Made by a program: the position numbers and the translations under genes. A model generated the notes under the pieces. The model made no database searches. It was not told the origin of the DNA and saw only the letters and a program-made list of their open reading frames with translations. This document shows, piece after piece, positions 35,519 to 45,957 of a stretch of DNA of 57,779 bases. The stretch comes from a virus (lineage: Duplodnaviria; Caudoviricetes): the IMG/VR virus record IMGVR_UViG_3300036770_004266, positions 1 through 57,779 of that record. The stretch is one strand, 5' to 3'. Numbering within the stretch: the first letter of the stretch is position 1; each line of letters opens with the position of its first letter.

Positions 35519-37230
35519 TTTGCTATCCTAGAAAAATTTTGTACTTTCTCAAATTTTATTACACTTCTAAACTTATCAAATAATAGGTCACCCTTATGGC
35601 TAATTACAAATACATTAGTTTCTTCTCCGAGGGTATTAAGTAAGTTCATAACATAATCTGTACCATTTGCATCTAAGGAAGAATCAAATACTTCATCTAA
35701 TAAAAGTAAATTTGTACTTGCACTATTTTTCATCTTAGCAATTGTTCGCCAAGTAAACAATAAAGCCAAATCAATTCTTTGCTTCTCACCTTCGCTAAAT
35801 GATGCATAACTAAATTCATCTCTATGCCTAGATTTAATAACCTCATTAAATGTTTCGTCTAATTCAAAGTGGCAAAAGAAATCCATTGCTGCCAGATATT
35901 TATTTACTAATTTATTAATGACGGGCAAGTATTGTCGGATAATTTTAGTTTTAATACCTGTATCTTTTAGAAGTATTCCTGCAATATCTAGGTAATGTTT
36001 ATCCTCAGTGTATTCGCTTTTCTTCTCAGCAAGAGCCATCGCATCCTTTGCCAGTGCTTTTAACTTATTTTTTTCTTCAGTAATATTTCCTACATTTTGA
36101 TTCGCTTCTTCTATATCTTTTTGTAGCTTTTGAATATAGTTTTGGCAAGCAATTATGCTTTGCTTTGTCTTGATGGATTCATCTTGGAGTAGTCCGATCT
36201 CTTTCTTAATTAAAGAAATTTCATCTAACCTAGTTTGAATAGCATCAATCTGACCCGTCAAGTCTGAAATAGCACCATTCAGCTCTTCAATTTTACTATT
36301 ATATTTGTTGAGATGATCGGTCTTAATATCCTCGGTAATAGCTTGGCTACACGTAGGACAGTTATCGTGATCACTATAAAATTCTATTTCTTTGTTGATA
36401 TCTGAAATCTTAACATTGAGTCGATGTAAAAGTTGATTTAATTTATCATGCTTATTTTCCGATTCATCCTCATCGTCAATCTTAGAATTTAATTCCTCAA
36501 TCTCGGCTTGTAGGGAATCGGATTTAACTTGATACTCGGATACCTCAATATTAGTATTTGCTATAATATTAGCAACATCGTTTACCTTCTTAGTTTTATC
36601 TGCTTCAAGAGTTTTGACATAATCTTGCTGTATCTTGATCTTCTGTTTTTCCACTTCTAGTTTAGTTTCAAGGTCAGTAATTAAATTTTTATTCTCCGTT
36701 ATCTTATCCTTTAGAAGCGTATTCATTACCGAGAATATTTGTATGTCTAAAATATCCTCAATAATTTCCCTTCGTATACCTAACGATAATTGCATGAAGG
36801 GGGTAAATGATGCAGAACCCAGGATGACGATTTGAGTAAAGGATTTATAGTTTAACTTTAGAATACTTTCTTCTAAGTATTTTTGATAGTCTCTGACCGC
36901 AGCATCCTGATTAACCAGCGTGCCATTTACTAGTATTTCAAATTTATTAGGTTTAACTGTGCGGATTACTTTATAGTCTTTTTTGCCAATAGAAAATTCA
37001 ACCTCAACCTCCAATCCTTTGCCGTTGATAGTATTCATTAACTGAGGTTTGTTGATGTTTCTAAATGGCTTGTTGAATAAAACAAAACACAAGGCATCCA
37101 AAATAGTGCTCTTACCAGCACCATTCTCTCCTACGATTAAAGTTGTAGAAGAATGATTAAGTTTTATTTCTGTAAATTGTGAACCTGTAGATAAAAAGTT
37201 TTTCCATCTTATAGTTTTAAATTTAATCAT
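35515..37230 (-). CDS. gp46: SbcC/Rad50-like recombination ATPase (T4 gp46)
   Basis: GENGAGKS, CPTC hook, FSEGE, LLDEVFD. Confidence 0.97.
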   Translation of the reverse strand: MIKFKTIRWKNFLSTGSQFTEIKLNHSSTTLIVGENGAGKSTILDALCFVLFNKPFRNINKPQLMNTINGKGLEVEVEFSIGKKDYKVIRTVKPNKFEILVNGTLVNQDAAVRDYQKYLEESILKLNYKSFTQIVILGSASFTPFMQLSLGIRREIIEDILDIQIFSVMNTLLKDKITENKNLITDLETKLEVEKQKIKIQQDYVKTLEADKTKKVNDVANIIANTNIEVSEYQVKSDSLQAEIEELNSKIDDEDESENKHDKLNQLLHRLNVKISDINKEIEFYSDHDNCPTCSQAITEDIKTDHLNKYNSKIEELNGAISDLTGQIDAIQTRLDEISLIKKEIGLLQDESIKTKQSIIACQNYIQKLQKDIEEANQNVGNITEEKNKLKALAKDAMALAEKKSEYTEDKHYLDIAGILLKDTGIKTKIIRQYLPVINKLVNKYLAAMDFFCHFELDETFNEVIKSRHRDEFSYASFSEGEKQRIDLALLFTWRTIAKMKNSASTNLLLLDEVFDSSLDANGTDYVMNLLNTLGEETNVFVISHKGDLLFDKFRSVIKFEKVQNFSRIAK

Positions 37231-38282
37231 ACTTCCTCATAATGTTGCGCTTCAACATATAATTCCTTAAGAATATTCTTCAATTTGTCCTTGTTAACAT
37301 CTGTCTCCACACTATCAACATAATTGGATAACAGGGTCATAGTATCCTCAAGATCAATTGTCTCATCTAATGCTTCAGATTCAAACTCCGAAAAATCTTC
37401 TATTATTTTAACTTCTATAGGATTAACTTTATATAGATTATCTACAAATTGATCAAACTTGTAAAAGTCTTTTTTGTTAAGAACAACAACTTTAACTAAT
37501 TTAGATTTATATTTTTCATAATCTAGAGTCGACGGATCTTCTTTTTCATCGTCATAGTAATACTTCTCAAAGATAGTAAATGGATTTTCTATAAATTCTG
37601 CAACTAATGTTTCAGTATCTAAGATATGAAATCCCCGAGGATCATCATAGTCATTCCAAAACATCTGATATGGATTTCCTAGATAGTGGATATTGCCTTT
37701 ACTGCTTCTATGGTGATAATGACCAGATGCTACAAATTTAAAACTATTAAATACTTTCGGATCCATTCCCTCATGATTCTCTTGCCCCTTAAACATAGCG
37801 AAGCCCGAAAGTTCCAAATGCCCAAGGCATATATCTGCAGTACTTTTTTCTATAACATCTAGAGTCTCCTGATAATTCTCTGCACAAATCCAAGGTATCA
37901 TACAAAAACTGGAATCAGCAAAGTCCACGGTTGCCGGAGAATCTATAACCTGTATATTGGTGTAGTCATTTAAAAGTAGATCGGGAGAATTTACCATGTT
38001 AGTATTTTTAAAATACGTATCATGATTACCCGCAATCATCAAGCATTCAATATCTAGTATCTTTAATCTGTCGAAAAAATATTCCCTACAGGATTTTAAA
38101 GTCTGATAATTAATATACTTTCTTCTATCAAAAGTATCGCCTAGGTGAATGATGTGGGTAATATCCCTAGATTTTAACTGAGGGAAAAATATCTCGTCGT
38201 AGAACTTTTTGAAGTATTGATCAAATTGTAATGAATCTGACCTTGCTCCAAAGTGAGTATCTGTTATTAATGCTACTTTCAT
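37227..38282 (-). CDS. gp47: SbcD/Mre11-like nuclease (T4 gp47)
   Basis: DTHFG, LGDTFDRR, GNHD, SGHYH. Confidence 0.97.
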   Translation of the reverse strand: MKVALITDTHFGARSDSLQFDQYFKKFYDEIFFPQLKSRDITHIIHLGDTFDRRKYINYQTLKSCREYFFDRLKILDIECLMIAGNHDTYFKNTNMVNSPDLLLNDYTNIQVIDSPATVDFADSSFCMIPWICAENYQETLDVIEKSTADICLGHLELSGFAMFKGQENHEGMDPKVFNSFKFVASGHYHHRSSKGNIHYLGNPYQMFWNDYDDPRGFHILDTETLVAEFIENPFTIFEKYYYDDEKEDPSTLDYEKYKSKLVKVVVLNKKDFYKFDQFVDNLYKVNPIEVKIIEDFSEFESEALDETIDLEDTMTLLSNYVDSVETDVNKDKLKNILKELYVEAQHYEEV

Positions 38283-38455
38283 TACCAATGCCTTATCACG
38301 TTTGCTACTAAGAATATATTAGCAATAACATAAACTAATACAATGACAGTTCTAATTATCGCAATCTTATCGGCTTCGCTATCATTAGGGGAAGCCTTTT
38401 CCCCTAATGCCTTAGCCCAAAGTCGCCATGTCTTTTTTATAAAGCTCAATCTCAT
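38282..38455 (-). CDS. 57-aa small membrane protein
   Basis: ...WRLWAKALGEKAS...ADKIAIIRTVIVLVYVIANIFLVANVIRHW; TAATG coupling to gp47; not in the ORF track. Confidence 0.7.
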   Translation of the reverse strand: MRLSFIKKTWRLWAKALGEKASPNDSEADKIAIIRTVIVLVYVIANIFLVANVIRHW

Positions 38456-38618
38456 CTTTTATGTTTAATTTTTTCTTTTTTAGATCACTTATGAGAATAT
38501 CATTATCATAATTTTTATATCTATCTTTGATTTCTTGATCTATTCTATCATGCTCTTCCTGTAAGTGATCAATATGCCTTTCAAGCTTCGTAGATTGCTG
38601 AGTTTCCTTCATGCTCAA
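38412..38618 (-). CDS. DUF465/YdcH-like coiled-coil protein
   Basis: LQEEHDRIDQEI...LKKKKLNIKDEI. Confidence 0.7.
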   Translation of the reverse strand: MSMKETQQSTKLERHIDHLQEEHDRIDQEIKDRYKNYDNDILISDLKKKKLNIKDEIELYKKDMATLG

Positions 38619-39045
38619 ATACCTCCATAGATTTTACTCGTACAGTTGGATTAAGTGCCCTGCCTTCAGTTATATCATCTTCTAAAATTTCCCTCATTTT
38701 GTTATATGCCATTTCCGCAAACCTCTCGCATCCTACACCATCTACAATGCGAATGTCTGCCACATGCGCGGGAAGATTCTTAAATAGTTCATACTCCGGA
38801 TCGTCTCTTGCGATAATTAACGTGTGATCAAAGGTTGCCTCCAACCATTTTTTAAAACTCTTTAGTCCCCCAAAATCCATAACCCAGTTTCGTTCATCCA
38901 AAGTGTCGCATTCAAATATTACCCGTACTCCTATAGAATAGCCATGTAATAAAGAACAATGGGAGTGAGTACTTCTCCATTGCCTAAAACAACAACTTAA
39001 ACCTCGATCATTTCCATATGTTTTTGTTGAATAAAATTTTGCCAT
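38581..39045 (-). CDS. queD: 6-carboxytetrahydropterin synthase QueD
   Basis: CSLLHGY, WVMDFG, FDH, EHEGNSA. Confidence 0.9.
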   Translation of the reverse strand: MAKFYSTKTYGNDRGLSCCFRQWRSTHSHCSLLHGYSIGVRVIFECDTLDERNWVMDFGGLKSFKKWLEATFDHTLIIARDDPEYELFKNLPAHVADIRIVDGVGCERFAEMAYNKMREILEDDITEGRALNPTVRVKSMEVFEHEGNSAIYEA

Positions 39046-39086
39046 CTCTAGTCTCCATGAGCAAGTTTGATGACATGCAGAGTATT

Positions 39087-40130
39087 TTAAGAGGGATGAA
39101 TGTCATTGCTAGTCCTCTGTCTATTATATATCTCTGAAGAATACCAGAGATTTAAGGATTCAATAATTTTTGTCAGTTGTCTTTTCGGTCTATAATCTAG
39201 ATCAAATAATTTTTTTGGATTGGCTACTAATACTGCAGGATCTCCTTCCCTAGGAGCTTCCACTATCATAACCAATTCTTTCTTAAAGAATTCCTCGACT
39301 TCTACAAATATTTCTAAGTTTGAAAAACCTTCACCTGATCCTATATTATATACACCGCGCATGTCTTTTTCAATAGCCATTATATGCACATCTGCAATAT
39401 CCTGGACATGGACATAATCTCGAATACAAGTTTTATCCTTAGTATCGTATGTCATGCCATACAGAGTGAAAGGGTTATCCCCTTTAGCAGATTCAAACAA
39501 TTGAGCAAAGATATGTGATGCATTAGGTTCTTGTCCATGCTGCGCCTCTTCATCCGCCCCACAAGCATTAAAATATCTAAATGCTACATAATCTAATCCA
39601 TATGCTTTGGCATATGATGCAAGCATATTTTCAACCATCACCTTACTCTCACCATACGGGGAGATAGGCTTCAAAGAATGGGTTTCATCTAAGGAACCTG
39701 CAGGTATACCATATACCGATGCACTGCTACTAAAAATAAATTTAGTTTTTGGAGATACAGATTTTAATACTTTTAAGTAATGGTATGTCTTTTGAAAATT
39801 ATTACCATAATACTCATCAGGATCTTTTATACTCGGTCCAACTAAACTAGTACCAGCACAATGTATAATGGCATCAGGTTTTTCCTTGTCTAATACGTTG
39901 AATGATGGTTCGGAACAAAAATCTATTTGCCAAAATTGATCATAGAATTTATTTAGATGAGGTCTATATCTGCGGTCGATGCCAATTACATAGTAACCTT
40001 TCTTTTTAAGTTCTATACAAATTTGCCCACCGATATATCCGGCGGCTCCCGTTACGAGTACTTTAGTATTTTGCATGCGTAACGTGCTCTCTATATGTTG
40101 CTGGGCTCCTATACCATTTCTCATATCCAT
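39087..40130 (-). CDS. galE: UDP-glucose 4-epimerase
   Basis: GAAGYIG, SSSASVYG, YGESK, RYFNACG, RDYVHV; true start probably at MQNTK. Confidence 0.9.
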   Translation of the reverse strand: MDMRNGIGAQQHIESTLRMQNTKVLVTGAAGYIGGQICIELKKKGYYVIGIDRRYRPHLNKFYDQFWQIDFCSEPSFNVLDKEKPDAIIHCAGTSLVGPSIKDPDEYYGNNFQKTYHYLKVLKSVSPKTKFIFSSSASVYGIPAGSLDETHSLKPISPYGESKVMVENMLASYAKAYGLDYVAFRYFNACGADEEAQHGQEPNASHIFAQLFESAKGDNPFTLYGMTYDTKDKTCIRDYVHVQDIADVHIMAIEKDMRGVYNIGSGEGFSNLEIFVEVEEFFKKELVMIVEAPREGDPAVLVANPKKLFDLDYRPKRQLTKIIESLNLWYSSEIYNRQRTSNDIHPS

Positions 40131-41229
40131 CGTATTGTGTCATAATATCTATACAACGATGTATAGTATTGGACGTCCAATCTGATAACTTACCTAGATT
40201 ATAATGAGGTTTGTCTAATAGATTTTCTAACTTATCCATAGCATCATTCATAGACCAAGGAATATAAAGGCAGTTAGGATCATTAGCAAATGTCTCGGGA
40301 AACGATCTATAGGCAGGATATAAACAGTTTGTTCCCAGCGCATCCGCCTCGGATGCGGTATTGGATGTCCAATCCTGCAAAGCACAATTGAACAATACTC
40401 TACTATTCCCTAACAAATGATAATACTGATTTTTACTAAGGTTTTCATGTATGGTAATAACATTACCCTGTTCCAATAAACGGACTCTTTCTAAAGCAGA
40501 AGGATCATTAGAACGTAAAGGTCCACCTGATAGTATAGCAAATTCTACATCAGGAAAAGTTCTTTTAAACTTTTGAGCCAAATCCATAAACCAATGAGGT
40601 TGCTTTTCCCTATCAAATCTAGCAGCAAATACTACTCGTCGAGGTCTATCTTCAAAGTCTGGTAGTTTAGCCACTCTAGATCTTACTTCGTTCTTATCAA
40701 AAGCAAGTCCGGAGATGTTATAAATTGGGGCGCGCCATCCTGCGATCCTCATATGAGCAACCATTTCTTCATTAGAAGCCAATACCGTTACCCACGGAAG
40801 AAGCATTTCTTCATACTTTCTCATCCAATCATCCATGTTCCAGACGTGCAGGAAATCGTCTGGATCAATAGTCTGTGCTAAGCATCGAACATATACATTA
40901 GGCAACTGGTCCGACTGATCCATGATGTAAGGCAAGGATTCGATACCAGGCGTGAACATATCCTCGAAGAAGATAACATCCTCAGATGTAACCTCACCGT
41001 TCTTCATTTTCTGAACTAAGTTTGCCATCTGAGTTAAGGAATAATATGAGCGCCCATGCGCATCGAGCACCTGCCCAGTAACAATTGCCTTAGAATTATC
41101 TAAGGTCTGACCTCGAACAATTTCATAATTCAATCCACAATCTTTAAATGCTTTCTCAGACCATTGTTCAAGTTGAAGTGTATATCTACCTTCATAGGGC
41201 TCTAAACCCATATACCATAGTTTTCTCAT
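40063..41229 (-). CDS. GT4-like glycosyltransferase
   Basis: FAARFDREKQP, EADALG, YRSFPE GT-B C-terminal motifs. Confidence 0.7.
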   Translation of the reverse strand: MRKLWYMGLEPYEGRYTLQLEQWSEKAFKDCGLNYEIVRGQTLDNSKAIVTGQVLDAHGRSYYSLTQMANLVQKMKNGEVTSEDVIFFEDMFTPGIESLPYIMDQSDQLPNVYVRCLAQTIDPDDFLHVWNMDDWMRKYEEMLLPWVTVLASNEEMVAHMRIAGWRAPIYNISGLAFDKNEVRSRVAKLPDFEDRPRRVVFAARFDREKQPHWFMDLAQKFKRTFPDVEFAILSGGPLRSNDPSALERVRLLEQGNVITIHENLSKNQYYHLLGNSRVLFNCALQDWTSNTASEADALGTNCLYPAYRSFPETFANDPNCLYIPWSMNDAMDKLENLLDKPHYNLGKLSDWTSNTIHRCIDIMTQYDGYEKWYRSPATYREHVTHAKY

Positions 41230-41231
41230 AA

Positions 41232-41615
41232 TTAAAGCACCCTAAAATTTAAATTCCTAGAATATTCTAGTATAGCACCATTTTCATTATCTTCATATAC
41301 TTTGACAGTAATATCTCGCTTCGGATATTTTTCTTGTATATATTTAATTAAATCCTCAGCCAACATCTCGCAGGATTTATAATCGCATTGCATAGTGCCC
41401 TGCTCAAAAAGGTTTTCTAGTTCTCGTTTAAATAGAATAAATTCTACATCTCTGTCATTATGCTCAACCTCAAGCCGGACATAGAAATGAAAAATATGTC
41501 TATGCGGATATCCTAAGAAAGAAACATCTGATAATTTAGGATCATCTAAAGCAGCAGGGTATTTATGAATGCCCTCTTTCTGAAAGCTTACTTCAATCCA
41601 TCGTGTAATAATCAT
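41232..41615 (-). CDS. QueD-like T-fold protein, DpdL-like (putative CDG decarboxylase)
   Basis: LGYPHRHIF (LxxxHRHxF), DRDVEFI, SCEMLA, VYEDNENG. Confidence 0.7.
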   Translation of the reverse strand: MIITRWIEVSFQKEGIHKYPAALDDPKLSDVSFLGYPHRHIFHFYVRLEVEHNDRDVEFILFKRELENLFEQGTMQCDYKSCEMLAEDLIKYIQEKYPKRDITVKVYEDNENGAILEYSRNLNFRVL

Positions 41616-42898
41616 GCGAATAACTCCTCAAGTGATACCGGCGGAGCATGGGCAACAGATTCGGATTCCATATACTTGCTGCCAACATGCCGTTCCCAAT
41701 ATAAAAAGTCATCAATAGTTTTAACATCAAATAGAGTAGCATACTCATTTTCACACTTTTTATCCCTGCAAAATCTTAGGAACTCTTCCTTATTAGTTTT
41801 AAGTGTCTCTACATCCTTAGTAAAATTATGGACATTAGTTAAAATGAATCCCAATCTAGCTTCCATAATATCCTTAAATTTCCCACCCTTCTCTACATAC
41901 TCACCCACAGAAATATTCATCAATTCATGAAACTGTGTAGGATTGAAATCCAAATTGCATACAGTATTAATTTCCTCAGTCACGGTATTATAGATATTTG
42001 AGAATGGCCTTCCCATCTTTACTGAAGAACCTCCATATCCCGTTCCGGTCTTCTTATAGTATGAGAAGTAGAACAAGCCATTATCAAGGGACATAGAGTG
42101 AGTAGTAGAGTCATAAGATATGTCAATATTTTCATATAATCCTGTTTGCGAAAAAAGTAAATAGGGCAACATTCTCTTTAATGCGCCAACTCCAAGAACG
42201 TGTAGATGAAAAGGTTTTTCCATTGGAAGCAGAGAAACATAGAATGCCCGTTTAACATCTTCAAGCTGCCCCATACCTAATGCTGCAGATCCCATGGCAA
42301 CACCACCAATCCTATCCTTTAGATTTCCTACTTCTTCAAGAACATAATTTGCCCATTGAGCATAAGTCTCATGACACGCACCATGGACAATCATAAAAGG
42401 TCGGCACTTACTATTTAGTTTATCATAAGTCTCAATCTGTTCCTTGAGATTTTTACCCGTCTGCCTAGCATAATTCTCAAAATTATGAACATCAAAGTAT
42501 CTACGGCGAGTATCGATCTTTGCACTAGTACCATCTGTGCTAGTTGTCTTTACGGGAATTTCATCGAAGGACATTCCAATGTCTGCCCATTCTGCTTGAT
42601 TATTAAATACCTTGTTTCTTGTTTCCGGGGTATTAGGAAGCCCCCGGGTAATAATCTGTAGACCACCTGAGTCCGCATGGATATTCTTGATTGCTGATCT
42701 ATACTTTTGTAGTTTCTTACCAAAGTTCTTTTCAGTAAATCCATTATATAATAACGAGAACTCATGACCATTTTTATTATGGACAGTGCGAGAAATCATA
42801 CTATTAATCATTTCCAAAGTCTCGGGATCGTTACATTGTTCTGCACCTAATCTGAGATATGCGGGACCCGAAATTACATATTCTAAACTCTTACTCAT
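41612..42898 (-). CDS. dpdA: TGT-like 7-deazaguanine transglycosylase (DpdA-like)
   Basis: ADSGGLQ, SFDEIP, HLHVLGVG, SYDST motifs; folE/queD/queE context. Confidence 0.78.
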   Translation of the reverse strand: MSKSLEYVISGPAYLRLGAEQCNDPETLEMINSMISRTVHNKNGHEFSLLYNGFTEKNFGKKLQKYRSAIKNIHADSGGLQIITRGLPNTPETRNKVFNNQAEWADIGMSFDEIPVKTTSTDGTSAKIDTRRRYFDVHNFENYARQTGKNLKEQIETYDKLNSKCRPFMIVHGACHETYAQWANYVLEEVGNLKDRIGGVAMGSAALGMGQLEDVKRAFYVSLLPMEKPFHLHVLGVGALKRMLPYLLFSQTGLYENIDISYDSTTHSMSLDNGLFYFSYYKKTGTGYGGSSVKMGRPFSNIYNTVTEEINTVCNLDFNPTQFHELMNISVGEYVEKGGKFKDIMEARLGFILTNVHNFTKDVETLKTNKEEFLRFCRDKKCENEYATLFDVKTIDDFLYWERHVGSKYMESESVAHAPPVSLEELFA

Positions 42899-44253
42899 GC
42901 GAATAAACTTTCTAAAGAGGATTCTTCCTGTTCTTCTGGGATATAGTTTTTATCCTTAGACAAATAACTATCAGTATCTGTATATATTGTATTAAATTTA
43001 TGCTTGTTTGTCAATACAGAACGGATATCATCAATTGCTATATCTTTCCGTCCTAGCGAAATTAAAAATTCCTTATACCGTACGGTATACTTTTCATTAA
43101 TCTTCGCCCTATCCGAATTAGATTCTGCAGGCTTAAAACTATCAAAACATTGTAACCAATTTTGAATACCATTATCATTCATACTTTTAACGTAATCCAA
43201 TGCTCCGGTATCATACCATTTAGAAATATCTGAATTATATAGTTTAGTAATTACATCATTAACTTTATCTTTAGTTGTAGATATAAAATACTTTTGATCA
43301 AAATTATCTGTCCATGAAACGCCTTTAATAGTAATCGTTGGCATGTGTCCCATAGTCTCATAAAATGCCAATCCAAAACTTTCCCTTAGTGCAGGATTAT
43401 ACGCTACACGGGCAGAGGTTATAAAATTAACTTTTTCCTGACCAATAATTCCTATCTTTATTTGGAAATCGGCTCCTATCTCCTGCATCGCCTTTTCAAA
43501 TTTCTTAGCACCGTTAGTATTAGTGATTATCTTTGCAGGTAACTTGGTCTCTGCAATCATCTTCACAAATGCTTCAGGATTCTTCCTTGGCTCCCAACGA
43601 CCGATCCATAGAACACCTGACTTTTCTTTCTCGTGTTTATTTAGCAGATCTGCCTCGGGCATAGGTAATGGTAAACACCTTGCTGTACTAAAACGCTTAG
43701 CTAATTCATTCTTATTTCTATCCGTCTGCGTTCCAATAACAATATTCGGCAAAGTTAAAAGGGCATTAAAATATTCATTAAAGGACTCGGTAAACTCATT
43801 TTTCCAAGATCGATCATCCAAGAATACCATACTTTCATTATGAGTATAATAGATAATTTGGCAGTAACGATGAATGTTTAAACAGTATACTGCGGGGAAG
43901 GATTCTAATGTATTACAGATAATGATATCATATACATTATCATTCAATGCCTTTAGCATAGAGTTTCTGAAGTTAATCATCTTCTCTATGTTATACGAAT
44001 CCTCAAATATAAAAGTCTTGGTATGGTCGGTATAAGGAGTTACGTAACTCGGGTATACGAATCTAGCGCCCTTGCTCTCAAGGTATTCCTTAAACTCAGT
44101 ATTGGATGTGGGTTTGTCGGATATGATATCAATCTTATATCCAAGTGGAGTAAAATTTTCTACGAAGCTCTTAGCAAATTGTCCCAACCCACCATGAGGT
44201 ATAGTATGTTGATCGCTTAAACAAAAAGCAATTCTCTTTTTATATGTCTGCAT
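42895..44253 (-). CDS. GT4 glycosyltransferase
   Basis: PHGGLG, IGRWEPRKNP, ESFGLAFYE. Confidence 0.85.
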   Translation of the reverse strand: MQTYKKRIAFCLSDQHTIPHGGLGQFAKSFVENFTPLGYKIDIISDKPTSNTEFKEYLESKGARFVYPSYVTPYTDHTKTFIFEDSYNIEKMINFRNSMLKALNDNVYDIIICNTLESFPAVYCLNIHRYCQIIYYTHNESMVFLDDRSWKNEFTESFNEYFNALLTLPNIVIGTQTDRNKNELAKRFSTARCLPLPMPEADLLNKHEKEKSGVLWIGRWEPRKNPEAFVKMIAETKLPAKIITNTNGAKKFEKAMQEIGADFQIKIGIIGQEKVNFITSARVAYNPALRESFGLAFYETMGHMPTITIKGVSWTDNFDQKYFISTTKDKVNDVITKLYNSDISKWYDTGALDYVKSMNDNGIQNWLQCFDSFKPAESNSDRAKINEKYTVRYKEFLISLGRKDIAIDDIRSVLTNKHKFNTIYTDTDSYLSKDKNYIPEEQEESSLESLFA

Positions 44254-44763
44254 TTATTCACCTAAAATTTTGATCAAGTGTTTTGTCTGAAACATAGCAT
44301 CATCTAACGCATTATGATGAGTACCTTCCCTTTCATCTGCAGGAATCCAATGAAACAAATTCTTTACTGTCCTATAACAACGATCGTCCCAGGCCTTCCA
44401 AGGAGGTTTCATACCCAAAGTAAAATATGCATTGGATAAAATAGTATTATCGAATACAGCACCGTTACCCCAAACAGGAACACTTAATTGCCCATACCAA
44501 TCTGAAAATTTTTCTAGTGCTTCGGTTAGAGGAATATTATTCCTACGTAATTCTTTTAACGCTTCTGGATTTTGTCTAGACCACCATTCCACAGTATCCT
44601 TAGATATTCTCAATCCTGCATCCTTACAACTATCAATACTAATGGTGCAGTAAAATGTATCCAATATATTACTTGCTGCCCATTTTACTGCACCAATAGA
44701 ACAAATCGCCGCATCTGCTCTGGTAGACATTGTCTCCAGATCAACCATAACATTCATGCTCAT
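44254..44763 (-). CDS. DEDDh 3'-5' exonuclease (DexA-like)
   Basis: VDLETM, WGNGAVFD, HHNALDDA. Confidence 0.88.
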   Translation of the reverse strand: MSMNVMVDLETMSTRADAAICSIGAVKWAASNILDTFYCTISIDSCKDAGLRISKDTVEWWSRQNPEALKELRRNNIPLTEALEKFSDWYGQLSVPVWGNGAVFDNTILSNAYFTLGMKPPWKAWDDRCYRTVKNLFHWIPADEREGTHHNALDDAMFQTKHLIKILGE

Positions 44764-45452
44764 TTATTTCCCATTCGAGCTATACTTAAAAATTCATTAC
44801 GAGCCGCAGGATCGGTTTTAAATCCTCCACCTAATCTCACGGTTACTGTAGAACTACCCACATCCTCGACACCTCGAGATTTAACACAATAATGCTGAGC
44901 ATCAATTAGAACAGCAACATCTTCGGTCTCTAATATGAATTGAAGTGCATGAAAGATTTGCTCAGTAAGCCTTTCTTGAATCTGAGGACGCTTACTAAAA
45001 TATTCAACGATACGATTAATTTTACTCAATCCGAGAACTTTCCTTTTAGGAACATACGCAACCGTTGCCCTACCGTCAATTATTACAAAGTGGTGCTCGC
45101 AGTTACTTTGGACATTAACATTCCTTTCGACAACCATTTCATTATATTCCATCTTATTTTCAACGGTTGTACATTTAGGAAATGCCTCATAATCCAATCC
45201 CCAGAAAATCTCGTTGACATACATCTTGGCAACACGCTTAGGAGTTTCTGTTAAACTATCATCTCGAAGATCTAATCCGAGGGCTACCATAATTTGAGAA
45301 AAATAATTTTCAATTACATCGATCTTAGTTTTACGATCCATCGGATATCCCAGAGCCATTTCGTTCATAGGAGTTTCTACACCCATTTCCTCAAGATGCT
45401 TGTGTATTGCGAGACCCAACTCAGGATCAGTTTTAGTTTTATTATATGACAT
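44760..45452 (-). CDS. folE: GTP cyclohydrolase I
   Basis: ETPKRVAK, CEHH, GLSKINR, QIQERLT, CVKSRG; start MSYNK behind AAGGA. Confidence 0.96.
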   Translation of the reverse strand: MSYNKTKTDPELGLAIHKHLEEMGVETPMNEMALGYPMDRKTKIDVIENYFSQIMVALGLDLRDDSLTETPKRVAKMYVNEIFWGLDYEAFPKCTTVENKMEYNEMVVERNVNVQSNCEHHFVIIDGRATVAYVPKRKVLGLSKINRIVEYFSKRPQIQERLTEQIFHALQFILETEDVAVLIDAQHYCVKSRGVEDVGSSTVTVRLGGGFKTDPAARNEFLSIARMGNK

Positions 45453-45513
45453 TTTAGAATCCTTCCTTACTCGGATATTGAGATTGAAATTTGCTACCTT
45501 TGTGTAGCACAAT

Positions 45514-45521
45514 TATTTATA
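45514..45521 (-). promoter_or_regulatory. T4-type late promoter upstream of folE
   Basis: TATAAATA. Confidence 0.55.
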
Positions 45522-45957
45522 TAGTTTCCCACCAGAAATCAAACCATTCGGGAGTATCGTTTCGATTAATTGTCTGGGCACAAAAATTAGGAACAATACT
45601 ATATTGATTAATAAAATTATAAATTAATACTGCAGTATCCATCTTCCAGTAATGTTTTTGAATATAGTGTAATGTGTCACCCCTGTCCAAAATATCATCA
45701 ACTAAAAGAATATTACGTTCTCTATTATTTAATAATGTTGGACTTTCCTCTTCTCGTATTCCCTTATGTGACCATTGTATTGATGCCATTGGGATATCTA
45801 ATATATTTGATAAATGCACTGCGGGAACCAATCCTCCCCTTTGAATGCCCACTATTAAATCATATCTAGTGCCGGACTTCAATATTGCATGGCGAAGGAT
45901 ATCTATATCCTTTCGATATTCTTCAATAGTATACTTTATTCCCATTAGGTTCCCCAC
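45517..45957 (-). CDS. Type I phosphoribosyltransferase (xanthine/guanine PRT-like)
   Basis: IQRGGLVPA, LLVDDILDRGDT, FWWE. Confidence 0.88.
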   Translation of the reverse strand: MGNLMGIKYTIEEYRKDIDILRHAILKSGTRYDLIVGIQRGGLVPAVHLSNILDIPMASIQWSHKGIREEESPTLLNNRERNILLVDDILDRGDTLHYIQKHYWKMDTAVLIYNFINQYSIVPNFCAQTINRNDTPEWFDFWWETI

